The notes below the pieces were generated by a model, which saw only the letters and a program-made list of their open reading frames with translations, did no database searches and was not told the DNA's origin. The position numbers and the translations under genes were made by a program. Below are positions 58,972-64,000 of a DNA stretch of 64,000 bases, piece by piece. Location of the stretch: IMG/VR virus record IMGVR_UViG_3300030099_005341, one strand, 5' to 3'. Position 1 is the stretch's first letter. The number at the start of each line of letters is the position of its first letter. This DNA is from an uncultured virus (IMG/VR IMGVR_UViG_3300030099_005341) (Duplodnaviria; Heunggongvirae; Uroviricota; Caudoviricetes).

Positions 58972-59493
58972 TTATATTATTTTATATCTTTCATTATTTA
59001 CTATCACTGATAAATTTTCAACAGCAGGTTTAGCGTCAATATTTTCTTGTAATCCAGCACTATAACCTAGTTTTTCTGCGTCTTCATATTTCCATTTAGG
59101 TACAAACTCACCATTTGATAGCTTGTTAGCTTGACCAATGTAATAGTTTTTAAGACAAAAGCTTATTAAGTATTCTAATCTATCTTGCTCGTTAGGTATC
59201 AGTACGCAACTACGAGTTGAAAACTGAGTATATAAAGTTCTACCCATACTATCTTTTTTACCTGAATCAAAATACTCTGGTTCACCTTCACATCTTTTGT
59301 TTATTTGCCAATTCGGACAATATCCACCTGCTTTAGTACGTCTTACGTAACCACTAGCAAAACTCGCCACGTGTATTTCACTACCATACTGATCTTTGAC
59401 TGGTAACTTAAACTCACGTGTACCATTTTTCTTTTGTCTTTTAGTTGTAACTTCTTGTATATCAAGTAGTTGTAATGTTTCTTTAATATTCAT
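58972..59493 (-). CDS. Hypothetical protein
   Basis: 173 aa ORF; SGYVRR...WQINKR. Confidence 0.7.
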   Translation of the reverse strand: MNIKETLQLLDIQEVTTKRQKKNGTREFKLPVKDQYGSEIHVASFASGYVRRTKAGGYCPNWQINKRCEGEPEYFDSGKKDSMGRTLYTQFSTRSCVLIPNEQDRLEYLISFCLKNYYIGQANKLSNGEFVPKWKYEDAEKLGYSAGLQENIDAKPAVENLSVIVNNERYKII

Positions 59494-59644
59494 TTTTGTA
59501 TATATTTGTTAATTTACTCATATAATTATCTTCTTTCAATAGTATTTCTACTAATCTTATTATAGCTAAGTGCTCACTTGGTGCTTCAATTGTCATTCCA
59601 CAACCAAAGTCACTTTTATCTTTATATTCTATATTGTACTTCAT
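59483..59644 (-). CDS. 53-aa hypothetical protein
   Basis: MKYNIEYKDK...; ATGA overlap with upstream stop. Confidence 0.5.
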   Translation of the reverse strand: MKYNIEYKDKSDFGCGMTIEAPSEHLAIIRLVEILLKEDNYMSKLTNIYKNEY

Positions 59645-59871
59645 CTTCTATTTTTATAATCTAAATCTTTGTTATGTGTAAGAGTATCTATCATATTTTT
59701 ACTGTTTGGAAATACACTTTCGTGTATGTATATGTAGCCTTTCATCTTTATTATATCTTGCTGGTCTATCTCTTCGTACTTATCAGGTAATTGATGTAGT
59801 AAATGAGGTATAAACCTTTGCTTGTTTACTGTTAGCACGCCGTTCATGCTGTTGATTTTAAATTTATTCAT
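59641..59871 (-). CDS. Hypothetical protein
   Basis: 76 aa, directly below motif copy 3. Confidence 0.65.
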   Translation of the reverse strand: MNKFKINSMNGVLTVNKQRFIPHLLHQLPDKYEEIDQQDIIKMKGYIYIHESVFPNSKNMIDTLTHNKDLDYKNRR

Positions 59872-59886
59872 ATTTGTATTTTATAA

Positions 59887-59918
59887 TATTATCCATTTAC
59901 TGTCTTATTCAGTATGTA
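59887..59918 (-). promoter_or_regulatory. 32-bp early promoter-like motif, copy 3
   Basis: TATTATCC-ATTTACTG-TCTTATTCAGTATGTA. Confidence 0.8.
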
Positions 59919-60200
59919 TTAATCTAACCCATCTCTGTGGTTACCTCTACTGTCTGTAAAGCGTATTCCACCTTTTTCTTCTAGCTCTATAAGCGCGTGT
60001 ATAGCATTTTGAAGCGGATCTGGTTCTTGTTTGATTTCGTTTTGCCACAACATTTCTGCATCTGATTCTATCTCTGATAGTATATCGGGTGACAAATCGT
60101 TGTAGTAACCCAAGTGATGTTCTTGACCGAAACTATCTTCAACGTATACACTGTAAACAGTATTTCCTTGATATTTACTTATATGTATTTTTCTTGGCAT
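59919..60200 (-). CDS. Hypothetical protein
   Basis: 93 aa acidic ORF. Confidence 0.65.
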   Translation of the reverse strand: MPRKIHISKYQGNTVYSVYVEDSFGQEHHLGYYNDLSPDILSEIESDAEMLWQNEIKQEPDPLQNAIHALIELEEKGGIRFTDSRGNHRDGLD

Positions 60201-60223
60201 ATTATTCTTATTTAATTATTATT

Positions 60224-60436
60224 CTATCCTAACATTGTACCATAACCTCTACGTCGAGTTAACCTAGCTATTTGAGCAGCGTCACTGCTTGACATAATCT
60301 GTATGGAATTACCGGTCTTATGGTTAATTAATGGAGCGCAGCCATATTGCTCGGTCGTGGAGCAGTTGACACACACTTTGTAGCCGAGATTAACACGACC
60401 TTGAGGTATTGTACTGTTACATTTATTACATTTCAT
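60224..60436 (-). CDS. C4 zinc-finger protein, DksA/TraR-finger-like
   Basis: CNKC-x3-IP-x2-R-x7-CVNC. Confidence 0.6.
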   Translation of the reverse strand: MKCNKCNSTIPQGRVNLGYKVCVNCSTTEQYGCAPLINHKTGNSIQIMSSSDAAQIARLTRRRGYGTMLG

Positions 60437-60457
60437 ATTATATATTTTTTACATATA

Positions 60458-60489
60458 TATTATCCAATCACTATCTTATTCAGTATGTA
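60458..60489 (-). promoter_or_regulatory. 32-bp early promoter-like motif, copy 4
   Basis: TATTATCC-AATCACTA-TCTTATTCAGTATGTA. Confidence 0.8.
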
Positions 60490-60654
60490 TTATGGTGTTA
60501 TTATTTCAGGATTATCGTGTACCATCCACTCACAATTACTTAAATTATGACCAAGTCCACTTAAATATTCTTCATAATCTTGTAAGAATGGTTGTATCGC
60601 TTCATATTGAAATACTTTACCCACTTCAAAATCTAATACTGTTATATACTTCAT
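60490..60654 (-). CDS. 54-aa hypothetical protein
   Basis: MKYITVLDFEVGKVFQY...NCEWM; ATGA-coupled to upstream ORF. Confidence 0.6.
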   Translation of the reverse strand: MKYITVLDFEVGKVFQYEAIQPFLQDYEEYLSGLGHNLSNCEWMVHDNPEIITP

Positions 60655-60788
60655 TTCTTTTTATGTTTTATTTTTCTTGTATATTTCTTCTTGTTCTTGT
60701 ATATGGAACTCGACGGTGGTGAGACACCTAAATCTATGTCCACCTTCCGCCTAACGCTCCTCTTGTGTTTGTTTGTAAGTTTATTCAT
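60651..60788 (-). CDS. 45-aa basic protein with ArfA-like tail
   Basis: MNKLTNKHKRSVRRKVDIDLGVSPPSSSIYKNKKKYTRKIKHKKK*. Confidence 0.55.
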   Translation of the reverse strand: MNKLTNKHKRSVRRKVDIDLGVSPPSSSIYKNKKKYTRKIKHKKK

Positions 60789-60849
60789 CTTTCATCAGTG
60801 CACCATAACACATAGCGGTTATGAGTAATAATATTAACCATTCACCCAT
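60781..60849 (-). CDS. 22-aa TM peptide
   Basis: MGEWLILLLITAMCYGALMKDE* fills the gap. Confidence 0.4.
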   Translation of the reverse strand: MGEWLILLLITAMCYGALMKDE

Positions 60850-60851
60850 AA

Positions 60852-61217
60852 CTATAATTTTACTATGAATCTTGAAGGACCAACTATTAATTTTAGTGGA
60901 CCTGGATCGGTGTAGTATACGTGGTCACTCGCGTTTAGTACGTCTTGCCACACTTCTCCATCAGGATATATTATAGTTACTTTTCTTATTGACCACCATC
61001 TGTCGTCAAACAAGTGCAAACATTTTACTTCATTTTCTGGTACATCCATAGTGTACTCACCTTTATGTAGTAAAGAGTCTAACAGGTAATCTGTATCGTA
61101 ACACCATTCTAGTATTTCTTTCTTAGTTACCATCGTACAAGTTGTATCAAACAACTGTTGACTATAACTATTTAGTGCAAGTGCAAGTGCTGCTACACTT
61201 AATGTTATTTTCTTCAT
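60852..61217 (-). CDS. Exported early protein
   Basis: Signal peptide MKKITLSVAALALALNSYS|Q. Confidence 0.7.
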   Translation of the reverse strand: MKKITLSVAALALALNSYSQQLFDTTCTMVTKKEILEWCYDTDYLLDSLLHKGEYTMDVPENEVKCLHLFDDRWWSIRKVTIIYPDGEVWQDVLNASDHVYYTDPGPLKLIVGPSRFIVKL

Positions 61218-61229
61218 AATTTATTATTT

Positions 61230-61571
61230 TTAATCTATTTCATCACAATTCTGACAATCAATTTGTCTTTGTACTTCAGTTTTACTGTATACTTGTTGTC
61301 TATAATTAGGACACTCAAAGTCTCTACACAAGTTCATTTGTATATCTTCTAATTTACTTAGTATATCGAGTAAATTGTGTACATATATTTCCGCCATTTC
61401 TACAGGAAAACCATTAAATTTATCTTCTACAATACCTACTCTCATTGACTCAATCATATCTTCAGTAGATATTGATATTTCTTTTACTAATTCTTCATTT
61501 GTTGGTGGATTTGTACAAAACCCACTTATCGCAAGAGATAGTGCTGCTACACTTAGTGTTAATTTTTTCAT
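61230..61571 (-). CDS. Exported early protein (possible lipoprotein)
   Basis: MKKLTLSVAALSLAISGFC; C-terminal Cys pairs. Confidence 0.7.
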   Translation of the reverse strand: MKKLTLSVAALSLAISGFCTNPPTNEELVKEISISTEDMIESMRVGIVEDKFNGFPVEMAEIYVHNLLDILSKLEDIQMNLCRDFECPNYRQQVYSKTEVQRQIDCQNCDEID

Positions 61572-61582
61572 AGTTATATATT

Positions 61583-61693
61583 TTATCTACATCCATAATT
61601 ATAGTTACCGTACGCTGGACACGGTGAATATCTACTCGACCCACAAGATGATAGTAATACTATCACTGCAATAATTGCTAATAATTTTTTCAT
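61583..61693 (-). CDS. 36-aa lipoprotein
   Basis: MKKLLAIIAVIVLLSS|CGSSRYSPCPAYGNYNYGCR*, lipobox LSSC. Confidence 0.65.
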   Translation of the reverse strand: MKKLLAIIAVIVLLSSCGSSRYSPCPAYGNYNYGCR

Positions 61694-61814
61694 TGTTAAT
61701 TTGATTTAGTTATACATTTATTTTATAAGTTATATGAGTAGTACGTTTACTACTGGGATACTTTGTCTTATTAAAACTTGAGTTGATTATCAAGTGTCCA
61801 GAGACTACTCATAT

Positions 61815-61871
61815 TAGTTGTAGTGGTGAGAATCGAACTCACATATCACAGTGATATTACCATTGACTACA
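61815..61871 (-). ncRNA. tRNA-like mini element (acceptor stem + T arm, no D stem)
   Basis: TGTAGT/ACTACA stem, GTGAG-TTCGATT-CTCAC T arm, ATATCA/TGATAT arm, 3' ACTA. Confidence 0.55.
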
Positions 61872-62051
61872 TTGACATTCGTATTATTTATACTCGCTAA
61901 ATGTTTCTCAACTACGAGTGTGCTTTGATCGCTGACATTATAGTGAAGACAAATACTGCTACGAATCCACTAATATACACTGCTGTCAGAACTATAGGGA
62001 AGTAGTGATTGAACACCACTTTAGCCTTTCTTTTTAATAAGCGCAACTTCA

Positions 62052-62288
62052 TTATAGTAACTCTTTACCTCTTAGTACTACTGGAATATTGTTAGTTGCA
62101 GTGTACGACTTGTATTTAGCGAAACATGCTAACTTTTCTAGTGTATCTTTCATGATAGAATATACTTTGTCATGATTGTACTTTACTGTATCACCTTTTT
62201 TGTTAGTGAATTCGATTACTTGATTCTTGCCTATCAATGACTTACGCACTACGAATCTTTTACTTTTTAAAACATTTTCTTTTGACAT
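62052..62288 (-). CDS. Early protein, paralog of 62646-62864
   Basis: KRFVVRKSLIG...NKKGDT...YNHD...KYKSYT...NNIP shared. Confidence 0.8.
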   Translation of the reverse strand: MSKENVLKSKRFVVRKSLIGKNQVIEFTNKKGDTVKYNHDKVYSIMKDTLEKLACFAKYKSYTATNNIPVVLRGKELL

Positions 62289-62332
62289 AATTTTATTTTT
62301 TAGTTATTAATTTATTTTATTAGTTACATTTA

Positions 62333-62364
62333 TATTATCCATTACTTATCGTATTTATTATGTA
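62333..62364 (-). promoter_or_regulatory. 32-bp early promoter-like motif, copy 5
   Basis: TATTATCC-ATTACTTA-TCGTATTTATTATGTA. Confidence 0.8.
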
Positions 62365-62425
62365 TACTAAAGTAGGTAATTTGTTTAGTTGTTATTTGAG
62401 TTACCACTACTACTCCACACTCTCT

Positions 62426-62542
62426 CTAAGCGTATGATAAATAAGTAAATAGTTTCTCATAACATTTAGTTTTACTTCTACTTACCATTATTAGTTGTCC
62501 GTAGTGAATTAGTTTATAGTATTTACCATTATATCTTATCAT
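62426..62542 (-). CDS. 38-aa hypothetical protein
   Basis: MIRYNGKYYKLIHYGQL...; directly below motif copy 6. Confidence 0.45.
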   Translation of the reverse strand: MIRYNGKYYKLIHYGQLIMVSRSKTKCYEKLFTYLSYA

Positions 62543-62566
62543 ATCTTTATATTTTATTTACATTAT

Positions 62567-62598
62567 TATTATCCATTAGTAGTCGTATTTAGTCTGTA
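62567..62598 (-). promoter_or_regulatory. 32-bp early promoter-like motif, copy 6
   Basis: TATTATCC-ATTAGTAG-TCGTATTTAGTCTGTA. Confidence 0.8.
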
Positions 62599-62641
62599 TG
62601 ACATTAGCCAATTAAGTAGATACAGTAACTGGCTAGTGTCA
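62599..62641. repeat. Imperfect inverted repeat (16-bp arms, 11-nt spacer)
   Basis: TGACATTAGCCAATTA ... TAACTGGCTAGTGTCA, 2 mismatches. Confidence 0.7.
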
Positions 62642-62645
62642 CACT

Positions 62646-62864
62646 TTACCTGCAGAAAGTTGGTATGTTATTCGATGAAGTGTAAGACTTATATTTCTTG
62701 AAACAGTTCATGTTATCGAATCTTTCTTTATTCTTGTTATATACATCGTCATGATTGTAGGTAATTGTATCACCTTTCTTATTAACGAATGTTATTACTG
62801 TGTTAGTACCGATTAAGGATTTTCTGATTACAAATCTTTTTGTAGTTAATTCATTTACTTTCAT
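62646..62864 (-). CDS. Early protein, paralog of 62052-62288
   Basis: KRFVIRKSLIG...NKKGDT...YNHD...KYKSYT...NNIP. Confidence 0.8.
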   Translation of the reverse strand: MKVNELTTKRFVIRKSLIGTNTVITFVNKKGDTITYNHDDVYNKNKERFDNMNCFKKYKSYTSSNNIPTFCR

Positions 62865-62903
62865 ATTGTTTATTTTATTTATTATACATTCAACTTACAT
62901 TAA

Positions 62904-62935
62904 TATTATCCATAATGTATCTTGTTTAGTATGTA
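62904..62935 (-). promoter_or_regulatory. 32-bp early promoter-like motif, copy 7
   Basis: TATTATCC-ATAATGTA-TCTTGTTTAGTATGTA. Confidence 0.78.
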
Positions 62936-63279
62936 TAAATATAATAGTAAATGTAGTAGTGTGTAGTAACTAGATAGCTAGAATAAAGTCTGAAATATCT
63001 ACAGGGTCTGGTGATTCGGACGAGGAGGGACGACCGGAAGAGAAAACGCTGTAACGTAGGACGAAACGAAAAACGAAACGGCCGGGCGCGTAAAAAGTTT
63101 TGAGTTTTCTTTTTAGTAGTGGGGCTGAGAGGAGGGGGGCAACACTTTGTCTCGATATTTATAATGTCCTAAATGTACCGGTACCTATATATAAGGGTAC
63201 CTGTTTTTAAATATTGATTTATTTGTGTGATTATAGAGAAATATAAAGTAATATTACAAAAATAAAAAAAATACAAGTC

Positions 63280-64000
63280 ATGTCATACAAGCCGTTCAAA
63301 ATGAAAGGTCATACGTTAAAAGGACCTAAACAAAGAAAAGCTGCTCCACTACCAGGATTAAACATGGGTATGGACGCTAAAGCAACAAATGTTGCAGAAA
63401 AAGGATTAGCATCTTCTTCACCGATGCAAATGATGGAGGAAAGCCCAATGAAGATGGGTCACAAAAAATCTCCTGCTAAAGATATTAAGTCTACATACAA
63501 CAAAGCGAAAAAATACGTTAAGAAAACAGCTGATAAAGTTAAAAAGTCTAGTTTTGTTAGAGGAGCAAAAGAAGTTGGTGAAGGGTTTAAAACTATAGGT
63601 AGAACAATAGCAAACCCTGTTGATTCATTTAAAGCAGATCTTAAGCACTACAGAAAAATGAAAGCAAGTGCAAAGAAGAAAAAATCTCCTGCTAAATTAG
63701 GTGCTATGGCTGGAGCTGCTGGAGCTGCTATGAAAAAAGGAGCTAAATCTGCTGCTAAAATGGGTATGAAGAAGTCTCCTGCTAAAATGATGAAAAAAGA
63801 CGCTCCTGCTAAAATGATGAAGAAGTCTCCTGCTAAAAAGCCTTTAGTTGGTAAACAAAAAAACCTACCTGAAGGATTAAAGTCTAAGATATTAGCTTCT
63901 CCTGCTAAAATGGGTGAAAAAAGTGTAAAAACGTCACCTGGTGCAGACAGAAAAGCTATAAACAAAAAAATACTAGAAAAAAGTATTAATAAAATTAGAG
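63280..64000 (+). CDS. Lys/Ala/Met-rich SPAK-repeat protein, 3' truncated (absent from ORF track)
   Basis: ATG 63280, open to the window end: MSYKPFKMKG...KKSPAK x4, SPMK, ASPAK, DAPAK. Confidence 0.8.
   Translation, partial: MSYKPFKMKGHTLKGPKQRKAAPLPGLNMGMDAKATNVAEKGLASSSPMQMMEESPMKMGHKKSPAKDIKSTYNKAKKYVKKTADKVKKSSFVRGAKEVGEGFKTIGRTIANPVDSFKADLKHYRKMKASAKKKKSPAKLGAMAGAAGAAMKKGAKSAAKMGMKKSPAKMMKKDAPAKMMKKSPAKKPLVGKQKNLPEGLKSKILASPAKMGEKSVKTSPGADRKAINKKILEKSINKIR

Noticed and set aside
60703..60765. GC-rich imperfect hairpin as an ncRNA
   Set aside because: Lies within the 45-aa ORF 60651-60788; coding explains it, though an mRNA structure is not excluded
61815..61871. Functional decoding tRNA
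   Set aside because: No D stem, no canonical anticodon loop with U33, too short
56624..62935. 32-bp repeats as a CRISPR array
   Set aside because: Copies are dispersed, degenerate and separated by genes; no cas genes
63648..63965. Minus-strand 105-aa ORF
   Set aside because: Antisense shadow of the SPAK-repeat gene; the same applies to most short antisense ORFs inside long genes
1..64000. Stop-codon reassignment as in some crAss-like phages
   Set aside because: Genes up to 10.4 kb are intact in the standard code and coding density is high

Overview
The window is most of an AT-rich, podovirus-type dsDNA phage genome with crAss-like structural gene order, read in the standard genetic code. 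The host is inferred to be Bacteroidota (probably Flavobacteriales) from SD-less AT-rich starts, Gln at +1 of signal peptides, a T9SS-type C-terminal domain and an Hc1-like protein. Two arms converge on a hairpin at ~43,940. The + arm (1-43,926, resuming at 63,280) carries terminase, portal, capsid, tail, giant injected proteins, an exported-protein cassette and endolysin. The - arm (43,959-62,864) carries class II RNR, a T4 gp42-like dCMP-modifying enzyme with pyrophosphatases, primase-helicase, ERF/exonuclease, sigma factor, ligase and many small early genes under a 32-bp motif repeated 7 times. I recognise no DNA polymerase, virion RNA polymerase, integrase or reverse transcriptase. Best leads: (1) a canonical -1 frameshift signal in the 3472-aa protein giving a 109-aa alternative product; (2) a compact cytosine-modification cassette without a phage polymerase; (3) two structured non-coding regions, one with a tRNA-like mini element; (4) a kinase nested inside a HAD phosphatase; (5) a T9SS-cargo/beta-barrel cassette; (6) a shared N-terminal tag and SPxK linkers on basic proteins. 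All calls come from motif reading by eye; no database search was run.
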